A program made the position numbers and the translations under genes. Positions 24,038 to 33,307 of a stretch of DNA of 41,043 nt are shown here, one piece after another; the stretch's first letter is position 1; every line of letters starts with the position of its first letter. The DNA is from Ignavibacteria bacterium (GTDB lineage: Bacteria; Bacteroidota; Ignavibacteria; UBA10030; UBA6906). Below the pieces are notes generated by a model. The model was given only the letters and a program-made list of their open reading frames with translations. It was not told the origin of the DNA and did not search any database. The stretch spans positions 1 to 41,043 of the forward strand of contig QKGJ01000132.1 in the NCBI GenBank assembly GCA_003251275.1, given 5' to 3'.

Positions 24038-25091
24038 TCACGGGCCTCCCGCTGGGTTCAGCGACTGCCATGAATGCCTGGATTGCTTCGACAAGTTTCT
24101 TGTTCTGTTCCTGTGTCCCGATGGTAATGCGGAGATGCGTGTTGAGAAGTTCCTCATCCATAAATTTGATGATGAGCCCCCGGTCGGTCAGGAATTTCTT
24201 GAGGTCTGCTTTTATCTCCGCAGGAATTTTGACCAGGATGAAGTTTGCGTCTGATTTATAAACGGTGAAACCGGGCAAGCGTCCCAGTTCGTCGTAATAG
24301 ATTTTCTTGTCGGTTGCCATCTTCGCCGAGATCCCGCGGTAGTAGTCGACTGAGTCGAGCGCTGCAATTGCGACCATTTCGGAGACCCGATGATACCCGA
24401 GGTACACATTGTTATACTGAACGATTTCAGTTGCCTCCAGTCCGCATACGGCGTAGCCGATACGCATGCCGGCTAGGGCGTAGTATTTCGAAAATGTCCG
24501 GATGACGATAAGTTTTGAGTGAATCGCAATCAGATCACGGACGTGCTTCTTCTCGTCATAATACACATACGCCTCATCGAGGACGACAACTGCATCCTTC
24601 AACTTCGGCAGTACCATCTTCAGGTCTTCGAGCGAAATCGAATTTCCCGTCGGGTTATTGGGAGAAGCAAAGAACACAACCTTCGGCTTCTTCTCCTGAT
24701 AGACCTTGAGGAATTGTGTTGCGTTAAACTCAAAGCCATCCGTTCCTTCGATCAAGGGATACTCGGAGCTGAGTCCGCCGACTTCATCCGCGATATTCTT
24801 GTAGTACCACCATGAGTATGCCGGGATGAGAAGGCGTTCTCCTTTTCCGAGATAGCAGCGAATCACCTGCTTCAGCAAATGCTCCGCGCCGTATCCGATG
24901 AGGATCTGATCTTCCGTGACCGCAAAATCCTTTGCCAGACGTTCCGAGAGCACACTCTTCGAGCCGCGGGTAAACACGCGCGTATAGGTGCTGAGTAAAG
25001 GAGTGCCGGCGTTCCGGAGTGCTTCGAAACAGGCGGGAGAAGGGCCGTAGTTATTCTCATTCCTGTCCAGATAAATCTTTTCAGTTGCCAT
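24021..25091 (-). CDS. Class I/II PLP-dependent aminotransferase of the HisC / CobD (histidinol-phosphate aminotransferase / threonine-phosphate decarboxylase) family
   Basis: 356 aa. It has LDRNENNYGPSP near the N-terminus and the PLP-lysine context IRTFSKYYALAGMRIGY. The 3' end overlaps the next gene by 17 nt. Confidence 0.85.
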   Translation of the reverse strand: MATEKIYLDRNENNYGPSPACFEALRNAGTPLLSTYTRVFTRGSKSVLSERLAKDFAVTEDQILIGYGAEHLLKQVIRCYLGKGERLLIPAYSWWYYKNIADEVGGLSSEYPLIEGTDGFEFNATQFLKVYQEKKPKVVFFASPNNPTGNSISLEDLKMVLPKLKDAVVVLDEAYVYYDEKKHVRDLIAIHSKLIVIRTFSKYYALAGMRIGYAVCGLEATEIVQYNNVYLGYHRVSEMVAIAALDSVDYYRGISAKMATDKKIYYDELGRLPGFTVYKSDANFILVKIPAEIKADLKKFLTDRGLIIKFMDEELLNTHLRITIGTQEQNKKLVEAIQAFMAVAEPSGRPVIGIDR

Positions 25092-25231
25092 AAGACCTGA
25101 GATCGTTTTGAGAAAGGTTCAGAAGTGAACTATCGTTATAGGGGAATTCGCTTGTCGTTGATTCAAGGTACTGTCTTGCATTGAGAGTTTCAAGCCCTTT
25201 GTGGGAGTTTTTCCCTGACAGTTCGAACCGA

Positions 25232-26872
25232 CTAATCGGTGGTGAGTATGCTATTTTGCCCGCCGAATCCATCTGGATCTTGAGCGGGATTCTGCGCATC
25301 GTTGATCCACTTGTCTCCATTCAACACGAATTTATATCGATAGCGTCCCGGTGCGGGTAAGTGCACGACACCGGCCCATTGACCGGCCACGACTTCATGG
25401 AGTCGATCTCCTTCGGAATTCCACTCGTTGAAGTCGCCCGCTACGGCGACAGTATCTGCTTCTTCAAAACAAACGAAGATAGCACCGCGCTTTCCGACTT
25501 GATTATTCGGGAGTGAATGTGAGAAGTGTACACCATTGGCCAACGCCGTGAGAGCGCTACTGACTGCCTTGGAGGGCTCCAGCGCTCCTCCTCCTTGTTG
25601 TTCGCGTGGGATGTCCGCTATCGGTTCTGCCGTATGAATTAGCAATTCCTTGATTGTCTTGTGTGAGAGCAGTGGGTTTGCCTGCAGCATTTGGGCAACG
25701 ACAGAACTGACAATAGGAGCTGCGAAAGATGTTCCGTCCACTCCTTTATAATACGGCGCGCAGTAGTGCATCTCGCTGATCTTTTCCCGTGCCCAACCCT
25801 TGTAATCGCCATGCTCAATGCCTTGGGGAATATCTCGACGAGCATTTCGTTCTCGCTCAAGAATCTTGGATATAGTGCGCGTTGTCGAGCGGAGAATGGC
25901 AAAGAGAGTTTTTGATTCATGATACTGATCGGTGTGGGGAAGAATTGGGGCGGCAACCCAGATTGCAGGTGCAATCAACTCCGGCTTTTCATCCCCATCA
26001 ACGGTCTTTCCGTATGTTGAATGATACATTCCACGCAAGCCTGTGTTCAATTCATTTCGATCATCCATACCTCCAACGGTAATCACCGAATGGGCACTGG
26101 CAGGGGGTACGATAGGTCGGGAAGGATCGTTTCCTCCTGCAGCGATTACAACGATGCCTGCCGCTACCGCTTCTTCCGCCGCCTGGTTCACGGGACTTTC
26201 GCTGGAGGGAGTGGGATCATCATCTCCAACGGAGATACTCAGGATTCCAATGTTGAATTCTCGGCGGTGTTCGATTACCCATCGAATCCCCTTTGCAAGA
26301 TTCTGAGTGCTTACGCGACGTGTCGCAGAATCCATGACTTTGACGAGAACAGCAGTTGCCTCTGATGCAATTCCGCGATAGAGTCCTCTGGAAAGATGGC
26401 CGTTCCCGGCTGCCGCAACGGACGTCATCGTTCCGTGCCAGCTTTCCACATGAGGCGACTGAAAATACTTTTCCGTGCGCGATGAATCGGTGACATCGAC
26501 AAGCGCGCGAATTCGATTCACGGGCTTCTTCAGGTCCGGATGGGGATAAAATCCAGAATCCAGGAATGCGATTGTGATTCCCCTTCCCGTGAATCGTGGA
26601 TCAGCGTTGAGGCGAAGGGACGTGGGAAGGAGGGCGAATTCATTACGGACACGGTCGCGGAAGAGGCTTCCCTTTGCACGACTAGCAAAGTGCTCTTCCA
26701 GCGTGTCGAACTCGTTCAGGTAGAGGCAGCGCTCACACAGTCCTTGTGCAAGGTTCCACGACGGTAGGCGGCGTTGAATTCTCGTGGCGACGTCCTTCTC
26801 CCTTTTTCCGCGCAGCGATCGAAGAAGCGTACTCGCAACGGAGCCGCAAACAGGACAGCGGTAGAACTTCAT
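25232..26872 (-). CDS. Subtilisin-family (S8) serine peptidase with an N-terminal 4-Cys zinc ribbon and a C-terminal CBM48/AMPK-beta-like glycogen-binding domain; no signal peptide
   Basis: 546 aa. The Cys pairs are CPVCG ... CERC. The catalytic contexts are IAFLDSGF (Asp), SWHGTMTSVAAAGNG (His) and GVDGTSFAAPIVSSVVAQM (Ser). The C-terminus VAVAGDFNEWNSEG...GRYRYKFVLNGDKWINDAQNP is typical of the E-set/CBM48 fold. Confidence 0.9.
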   Translation of the reverse strand: MKFYRCPVCGSVASTLLRSLRGKREKDVATRIQRRLPSWNLAQGLCERCLYLNEFDTLEEHFASRAKGSLFRDRVRNEFALLPTSLRLNADPRFTGRGITIAFLDSGFYPHPDLKKPVNRIRALVDVTDSSRTEKYFQSPHVESWHGTMTSVAAAGNGHLSRGLYRGIASEATAVLVKVMDSATRRVSTQNLAKGIRWVIEHRREFNIGILSISVGDDDPTPSSESPVNQAAEEAVAAGIVVIAAGGNDPSRPIVPPASAHSVITVGGMDDRNELNTGLRGMYHSTYGKTVDGDEKPELIAPAIWVAAPILPHTDQYHESKTLFAILRSTTRTISKILERERNARRDIPQGIEHGDYKGWAREKISEMHYCAPYYKGVDGTSFAAPIVSSVVAQMLQANPLLSHKTIKELLIHTAEPIADIPREQQGGGALEPSKAVSSALTALANGVHFSHSLPNNQVGKRGAIFVCFEEADTVAVAGDFNEWNSEGDRLHEVVAGQWAGVVHLPAPGRYRYKFVLNGDKWINDAQNPAQDPDGFGGQNSILTTD

Positions 26873-26940
26873 AATATTGAAATACGGAGATTTTTTTGGA
26901 ATGTCTAAGTACAGAACATCGTGGTCAATAGCAATGATCG

Positions 26941-27654
26941 CTAGGAAAAAACGCGCGCCATCAGTTTCCGTTTCGCCACGGGAAGCATGGTCTCCTGGAA
27001 CGGAAAGTCGATATCAGTTTCTGAAAGAAATGTCGCAGGATTTGGTAGGTCCGTGTACCGCTCCATCAGGCCATGCTTATAGGACTCGGGAGACCGATGA
27101 AGGTGTGACTCTTCGATGGATTCCAGGACACGCGTCTTAAGGGCGCGGTATCGCTCCGTAGTGGAAGAAAACAGTGATACCTCGTAACGCAACAAGTGCA
27201 GAAGAGAGAGTTTCTTGTCGGGAACAAACCAGTACCCCTCTTCGAGATAGACGGGCAGAATACCCACTTGATCGATTGATACATGTTCATCCACAAAATT
27301 GTAGATTTCCATTCCCTCTTCAATAGCATGTTTCAGAAGCGGCATGGCCCAGGTGATCAACGTCGCAAGTTCGTCCATGTCGGTGCCGCCGTGCGGGAGA
27401 GAGTCATACACGAGCTTTCCTTCAACGAGATTGACTTCTTTGAGCGATCGCGGGAGACGTTCTTCCATGTCATGCAGTTTCTGAAGAAGATCAGCGACCG
27501 CGTTGTGCAAATCGATGAGTTCACGAAGGGTCGGATAAAGCCGGTTGCGCGAAAACTCGTCGTAGGCTTCCTTCAGCCCCTGTTGAATCTGGTACTGCCT
27601 CCATTCCAGATCCCGGTTGCCTGAGGTAAATAATGACAGATTAAGAGAAGCCAT
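26941..27654 (-). CDS. Hypothetical cytoplasmic protein, upstream of and co-directional with the S8 peptidase
   Basis: 237-aa ORF with no TM segment or signal peptide. I recognise no motif. A 68-nt gap separates it from the peptidase gene. Confidence 0.6.
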   Translation of the reverse strand: MASLNLSLFTSGNRDLEWRQYQIQQGLKEAYDEFSRNRLYPTLRELIDLHNAVADLLQKLHDMEERLPRSLKEVNLVEGKLVYDSLPHGGTDMDELATLITWAMPLLKHAIEEGMEIYNFVDEHVSIDQVGILPVYLEEGYWFVPDKKLSLLHLLRYEVSLFSSTTERYRALKTRVLESIEESHLHRSPESYKHGLMERYTDLPNPATFLSETDIDFPFQETMLPVAKRKLMARVFS

Positions 27655-27905
27655 TTTTGCGAACCTCCTTGTTAAGAATTCTCGGCTTTCCCACGCGCTT
27701 ATGTAGATTCGATCTCTTTTATACCCTACCTAAATTATGCCAAGAACGTTCCAATCCCATAGCACTCAGATCCCCACTCTGCTAATCAAGAGTGAAAAAC
27801 AGGCTCTGTGATGAAGTTCTGTTGTCACTTGGTTATGTTTTTCCCATATTGACTCAGAGCTTCAAGAAACCAATTCCAACCAGCCACTTCCTTTTTGTGG
27901 GGTAA

Positions 27906-29054
27906 ATGACTGAACCATTTGAATCAGTGTTGCTGAATCCGCCGAAAGAAGTTGATATTGTCGCGATTGAACGGGAACTGTCGGCCTTATGGAAGAAAGC
28001 GGCGGAGCCTGCGGCCGCGGATCAGGCGACCCCGGTCGTAAGAGCCTGTTCGCTCAACCTTATTGTCGTCTCTCGCGATCGTCAAGAGCTCGATTCTCTT
28101 GGCAACATTATAGGCGACGTCACGCTTGAGCATCCGGCTCGAACCTTTCTCATCGCTACGGATCGTACAGGCTCCTCAACCCTCGATTCGTGGATCTCGG
28201 CACGATGTTCACTTCCAGTAGCTGGCGGCAAGCAGGTCTGTTGTGAACAGATCAATCTTGTCGCAGGAGGAAATGAGATTGCAAAGGTCACGAGCATCGT
28301 TACGTCGCTGTTGGTGCCTGACGTGCCATCCGTGCTGGTATGGAGGGATACGGTAAGACCCAATGACCAGCTCTTCTCATCTCTATCGCGTGTGATGGAT
28401 CGCGTCGTGATGGATTCCGCACTTGAACGTGATCCGGAAAAAGCGCTTCGGATTTGGGAAAAAAACATTCGCGAGAGTGAAGGAAGGGCGTCATTCGGCG
28501 ACCTCGGCTGGACTCATTTGACTTCCATGCGCAATATGCTCGCGCACGTTTTTCAGCCACGCGAAATGCGACCTCACCTGCTTCAAATCGACTCATTGTC
28601 GATCACCTATTCTTCCTCTGCAAATCCATTTCACTCCGGATTGAGTCAGGCGATGTTACTGGTCGGCTGGCTTGCTCAACGAATGCGCTGGAGGCCCATT
28701 CATCAATTGAGGCGTACAGATGCCACGATGACCGCAAAGCTTCGATTTGATGAGATAGCAATTAATGTTCGACTCATTGAAGGTTCTCTCGTTGGACATT
28801 CCGGTGGACTCATCGGAGTCAACCTGCACACAACTTCGGGCATGGAAATATCTCTTGCTGCAACGGGATCGTCTCATTGTGTGATGTGTACGGTCAGTGA
28901 TGGAAAGATGAACCAGGAGGAAATGCTGACAACTGGTGAGGATTTGTCTGACTCGCTGCTTTTGGGGAGAGAGCTGGAAGTAATGCAGCGCGACAACCTG
29001 TACGAGGATGTGTTGAGAACGCTTCTTCCTCTTCTTGGAGAAAATCAGGGATGA
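27906..29054 (+). CDS. opcA: OpcA-like glucose-6-phosphate dehydrogenase assembly protein
   Basis: 382 aa. The N-terminal pattern VDIVAIERELSALWKK......PVVRACSLNLIVVS......LEHPARTFLI resembles OpcA of actinobacteria and cyanobacteria (from memory). The gene is translationally coupled (ATGA) to pgl. Confidence 0.6.
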   Translation: MTEPFESVLLNPPKEVDIVAIERELSALWKKAAEPAAADQATPVVRACSLNLIVVSRDRQELDSLGNIIGDVTLEHPARTFLIATDRTGSSTLDSWISARCSLPVAGGKQVCCEQINLVAGGNEIAKVTSIVTSLLVPDVPSVLVWRDTVRPNDQLFSSLSRVMDRVVMDSALERDPEKALRIWEKNIRESEGRASFGDLGWTHLTSMRNMLAHVFQPREMRPHLLQIDSLSITYSSSANPFHSGLSQAMLLVGWLAQRMRWRPIHQLRRTDATMTAKLRFDEIAINVRLIEGSLVGHSGGLIGVNLHTTSGMEISLAATGSSHCVMCTVSDGKMNQEEMLTTGEDLSDSLLLGRELEVMQRDNLYEDVLRTLLPLLGENQG

Positions 29055-29791
29055 AAGGTCGCCTGGAGGTATACGATACCCCGCACACGCTGGTGGAGGC
29101 GGTCGCAGTTCAGGTGCAGCAACTCCTGAGCCGGGCGGTTGCCGGTCGCGGTGCGGCATCGCTTGCCTTTTCAGGTGGGTCCACTCCCAGACATATATAT
29201 GAGCTCCTTGCGACGGATCGTTTTCGGGCGAAGATCGATTGGAATCGTGTTCATTGCTTTCTTGGTGATGAGCGCTGTGTGCCACCATTCCATCCTGAGA
29301 GTAATTTCCGGATGATCAGCGACGCCCTCCTCAATAAGATCACTATTCCCGACAAAAACGTTCACCGTGTCAAAACAGAACTCCCACCAGAAGAAGCTGC
29401 TGAGGCATATGAGAAAGAGATTCGAAATCTCTTCCAGCTCAAAACAGGGGAATTTCCCGAGTTCGACGTACTGCTGCTTGGCATGGGAGAAGATGGTCAT
29501 ACAGCGTCACTGTTTCCGGGCACTACGGCAGTTAACGAGACCGAGAAGCTTGCGACGGCCGTCCAGGGACCGACCGTGAAGATTCCGCGCGTGTCGCTTA
29601 CCTTTCCCACAATCAATCATGCTGCGGAGATTATCTTTATTGTTTCAGGAAAAGGCAAGGCAGCGATTCTCCAACAGGTCCTGAACGGAACCGTCATGAA
29701 CTACCCTGCGCAAATGGTCAATCCATTGAAGGGACGCTTGACATGGATGGTAGACCGCAACGCGACGATGCAATTAGAGGGAGTTCACTAG
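29051..29791 (+). CDS. pgl: 6-phosphogluconolactonase
   Basis: 246 aa. LAFSGGSTPRHIYELL and LLLGMGEDGHTASLFPG are the classical Pgl/NagB-family signatures. Confidence 0.9.
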   Translation: MKGRLEVYDTPHTLVEAVAVQVQQLLSRAVAGRGAASLAFSGGSTPRHIYELLATDRFRAKIDWNRVHCFLGDERCVPPFHPESNFRMISDALLNKITIPDKNVHRVKTELPPEEAAEAYEKEIRNLFQLKTGEFPEFDVLLLGMGEDGHTASLFPGTTAVNETEKLATAVQGPTVKIPRVSLTFPTINHAAEIIFIVSGKGKAAILQQVLNGTVMNYPAQMVNPLKGRLTWMVDRNATMQLEGVH

Positions 29792-29792
29792 T

Positions 29793-30782
29793 ATGATTCT
29801 TGCCGGTGATATTGGTGGGACCAAAACAAATCTTGCCTACTTTACCGCGGAATCGGGTAAACTGATTCGGAAACAATTACAAAGCTATCCCAGTCGCGAT
29901 TTCAAATCTCTCACCGATGTGTTGGCAAAATTCCAAGCCGACTTTCCTTCATCGGTCACGGCTGCTGCATTTGGTATTGCTGGACCAGTGGTGAACGGAC
30001 GGAGTAAGCTTACGAATCTTGGTTGGGATGTTATCGGTGCAGACGTTGCCTCACATTTGAGCCTGCCAGCAGTGGGTCTTCTGAATGATCTTGAGGCAAC
30101 TGCGTATGGAACGCTTCGTCTGGCCCCAAGCGAATATCTGGTTCTGAACAACGGCGTCGTCGCCGAAAAGGGGACAATAGCCGTGATTGCTGCTGGAACC
30201 GGTCTCGGGGAAGGTGGATTGCACTGGGACGGAAAGCGATACAGGACAATTGCATCTGAAGGGGGGCACACGGACTTCGGACCACGTGATGAAATCGAAA
30301 TCGATCTCCTCCGATTTCTAAAGCCGAAATACGGTCGGGTGAGTTATGAACGCGTTGTTGCTGGCCCGGCGATCACTGACGTGTATGACTTTCTTCGCAA
30401 ACGAAGCGGCGAGCCTGAACCGGAATGGCTCAAGCTGGCGCTTACCTCAGGGGATCCTTCTGCAGTGATATCGAAAGCGGGACTTGAAGGAAAGGATGCG
30501 GTGAGTGAACAAACCCTTGATCTCTTTGTTTCATTGTATGGAGCCGAAGCGGGCAATCTTGCATTGAAGATTCTTGCAACCGGTGGAGTGTTTGTTGGTG
30601 GAGGCATAGCACCCAAGATCCTCCCGAAAATCCAAAACGGTTCGTTCTTTTCCTCTTTTAAGAACAAGGGTCGCTATGAGGGACTCATGAAGAATATTCC
30701 GATTTGGATTGTCCTGAATGACCAGACCGCCCTTCTTGGTGCCGCACACTACGCCGAACTGATATTGACAGAGTCCTTGTAG
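29793..30782 (+). CDS. glk: Glucokinase
   Basis: 329 aa. It shows ILAGDIGGTKTNLAYF (phosphate-1 loop), GIAGPV, LLNDLEATAYG and GGVFVGGGIAPKI, matching the bacterial Glk family. Confidence 0.9.
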   Translation: MILAGDIGGTKTNLAYFTAESGKLIRKQLQSYPSRDFKSLTDVLAKFQADFPSSVTAAAFGIAGPVVNGRSKLTNLGWDVIGADVASHLSLPAVGLLNDLEATAYGTLRLAPSEYLVLNNGVVAEKGTIAVIAAGTGLGEGGLHWDGKRYRTIASEGGHTDFGPRDEIEIDLLRFLKPKYGRVSYERVVAGPAITDVYDFLRKRSGEPEPEWLKLALTSGDPSAVISKAGLEGKDAVSEQTLDLFVSLYGAEAGNLALKILATGGVFVGGGIAPKILPKIQNGSFFSSFKNKGRYEGLMKNIPIWIVLNDQTALLGAAHYAELILTESL

Positions 30783-30794
30783 ACCACACTCACC

Positions 30795-31472
30795 ATGACG
30801 AAGTATCAACCTGTTCCGCTCGAATTCACCCGCATCGATCAAGGCCAGCAACGGCGTCGGGCGCGCGAATTCTTCGAACAGTGCAATTGTCGAAGGACGG
30901 TACGCGAGTATTCCGACCAGGCTGTTCCGCGCGAAATCATTGATGATATTATTCGAACAGCGGGAAGCGCCCCTTCAGGTGCGAACAAACAGCCATGGAA
31001 GTTTGTCGTGGTGGATGATCCGGAGATCAAGCGGAAAATCCGTCTCGCAGCGGAGGCAGAAGAGCGGGAGAGCTACGATCATCGTATGCCCGATTCCTGG
31101 CTGGCTGATCTGGAAGAACTTGGTACCGACTGGCACAAAGAATTCCTGGAAGTCGCTCCGTATCTGATCGTCGTGTTCAAGGAAAAGTACAGAGTCGAAC
31201 TGGGAATCCAGAAGAAAAACTACTACACCGATGAATCCGTGGGGATTGCCTGTGGATTTCTTCTGGCTGCAATCCACAATGCCGGCCTCGCTTCTCTGAC
31301 GCACACGCCGAGTCCCATGAATTTTTTGCGGGAGATACTTCAGCGCCCCTCCAATGAAACGCCCTTCCTGCTTATTCCGGTGGGATACCCCGCAGAGAAA
31401 GCCGTTGTCCCCGACATTGACCGAAAGCCTCTCGAAGAGATCCTCATCCGGAATATCCAGTCGACGCCTTGA
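30795..31472 (+). CDS. Nitroreductase-superfamily flavoprotein, iodotyrosine deiodinase (IYD)-like
   Basis: 225 aa. RRTVREYS...SAPSGANKQPWKFVVVDDPEIKRKIR...ERESYDHRM...TDWHKEFLEVAPYLIVVF...YYTDESVGIACGFLLAAIHNAGL...LLIPVGYPAEKAVVPDIDRKPLEEI is collinear with animal and Bacteroidota IYD as I remember them. Confidence 0.75.
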   Translation: MTKYQPVPLEFTRIDQGQQRRRAREFFEQCNCRRTVREYSDQAVPREIIDDIIRTAGSAPSGANKQPWKFVVVDDPEIKRKIRLAAEAEERESYDHRMPDSWLADLEELGTDWHKEFLEVAPYLIVVFKEKYRVELGIQKKNYYTDESVGIACGFLLAAIHNAGLASLTHTPSPMNFLREILQRPSNETPFLLIPVGYPAEKAVVPDIDRKPLEEILIRNIQSTP

Positions 31473-31585
31473 TCCCATTCCAAAGGTCTCGGCTTCCCTG
31501 ACCGCTCGATTGCTCCCCATCAACACTTCCTTGTTATTCAAAATTGGATTGGGTATATTTTTCAGAAATATCAACAGGATTACTT

Positions 31586-33307
31586 GTGAATCGACTTGAA
31601 CTGAAGGCGTTGGCTATCGCCTTCATTGTTGCGATAATGTTTGGCGGATGCTCAACGTCAAAAAACGCGGCAACAGATCAGCCTCAAACAGCGCAAACAC
31701 AGGTAGATGAGCGTTCGCGCGATATCGCTCTTCAGCATTTCATCAACGGGTCGGTGCATGAATCGAATGGCGAGTATGCTGAAGCAATTCTCGAATTCCA
31801 GGATGCGCTACGCTATGATGAGAACGACGCAATCTATTTCGCTCTGGCAAAGAATTACTCTCTCCTCAATAAACACACCCTTGCAATTGAAGCAGGACGA
31901 AAGGCGATAGGGTTCTCTCCTGATAATCTGGACTATCGACGAACCTTGGCGGAAATCTACGTCCGGGCATTCGAGATCGACTCCGCAGCTGCGCAATATG
32001 CCCAGATTGTCCAGCGAGACTCTTCCAAGATTGAATCCTGGTATAATCTTGCACGTCTCTATCAGGGCCGCACCCCGCTGAAAGCCCTCGAAGTGTACGA
32101 AGCCATTGTGAACCGGTTTGGCCCGCAGTGGGATGTGTTGCTGCAAATGGCGGAACTGAATAATTCGCTGCAACAATATGGGAAGGCGGCCGAGGCGTTG
32201 CGGATGATGTCGGAGATAGACCCGAGCAACAATGAGCTCAAGCGATCTCTTGCACAGGCGTACACTCGGTCAGAACAGTATGAGAAGGCGCTCGAAATCT
32301 ACACCGGATTGCTGGAACTCCAGCCGGAGAACATCGAGTACATCGCGGAGGCGGCGGGAGTGTACCTGGTACGAAAGGAATATGAGCGCGCAGCTGAAAT
32401 GTTCGAGGGGATTCTCGCCCAGGATTCCGTGGTCGTGGATGCTAAACTAAGGATTGGCGAAATCTATTTCGGGCAGATGGAAAAAGACTCGACACTGGTT
32501 CCTCTGGCGCGTTCGATCTTTCTGCGAATTCGCGACAAGCATCCCGAAGATTGGCGCCCATACTGGTTCCTGGGGGCGATTGCAGCCCTGTCAAAAGAAG
32601 AAACAGTGGCAGTTGAAAATTTTCGAAAAGTGACGGAATTGGCAAGCTGGAACGCCGACGGATGGGTTTACCTTTCGTCTGTTTTTCTCGAGAAGAACAA
32701 TTATGAGGAAGTTGCCACCATCCTCGAATCTGCGGTGAAAGCAGTGCCCGAAGATTTTCGAGTAAATTTTTTCCTTGGCGTTGCACTTAATCGGTTGGGG
32801 AAGAACGAAGAGGCTGCCCGGTCTTTGGAAAGAGCGCGGGGAATCAACGGCGACGACATGGGAGCGCTTTCACAGCTGGCCCTGGTATATGACACTATGA
32901 AGAAGTTCGATGAGTCTGACCGGCTGTACGAAGAGGGATTGAAGAAAGAACCCGACAACCATCTCCTTCTGAACAATTACGCATACAGTCTTGCGGAACG
33001 AAATCTTCAGATCAACAGAGCTCTTGCAATGGCGAAGGAAGCCGTTGCCGCACAACCGGAGAACCCCTCGTATCTCGATACTATCGGGTGGATTTATTTC
33101 AAGCTTGGAGACTATGAAGAAGCGGAGAAAAACATCTCAAAGGCAGTTGCGCAGGGAGACGTGAGCGCCGTTGTTCATGAACACCTCGGCGATGTGTACT
33201 ACATGTTGCGGGATGCAGAGCGCGCATTGGAACAATGGAACATCTCGTTGAAGATTGACAGTAGTAACCAGGAATTGAAAGCCAAGATCGATCGCGGAAG
33301 GTTATGA
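31586..33307 (+). CDS. TPR-repeat lipoprotein
   Basis: The ORF opens at 31544 (TTG). I prefer the GTG at 31586, which gives VNRLELKALAIAFIVAIMFGGC with an FGGC lipobox. Multiple 34-aa TPR units follow (e.g. AEAILEFQDALRYDENDAIYFALAKNY). The start codon is uncertain. Confidence 0.8.
   Translation: MNRLELKALAIAFIVAIMFGGCSTSKNAATDQPQTAQTQVDERSRDIALQHFINGSVHESNGEYAEAILEFQDALRYDENDAIYFALAKNYSLLNKHTLAIEAGRKAIGFSPDNLDYRRTLAEIYVRAFEIDSAAAQYAQIVQRDSSKIESWYNLARLYQGRTPLKALEVYEAIVNRFGPQWDVLLQMAELNNSLQQYGKAAEALRMMSEIDPSNNELKRSLAQAYTRSEQYEKALEIYTGLLELQPENIEYIAEAAGVYLVRKEYERAAEMFEGILAQDSVVVDAKLRIGEIYFGQMEKDSTLVPLARSIFLRIRDKHPEDWRPYWFLGAIAALSKEETVAVENFRKVTELASWNADGWVYLSSVFLEKNNYEEVATILESAVKAVPEDFRVNFFLGVALNRLGKNEEAARSLERARGINGDDMGALSQLALVYDTMKKFDESDRLYEEGLKKEPDNHLLLNNYAYSLAERNLQINRALAMAKEAVAAQPENPSYLDTIGWIYFKLGDYEEAEKNISKAVAQGDVSAVVHEHLGDVYYMLRDAERALEQWNISLKIDSSNQELKAKIDRGRL

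Noticed and set aside
28656-31574. Minus-strand ORFs 28656..29288 (210 aa) and 30975..31574 (199 aa)
   Set aside because: They are antisense to confidently identified opcA/pgl and nitroreductase genes and have no motifs.
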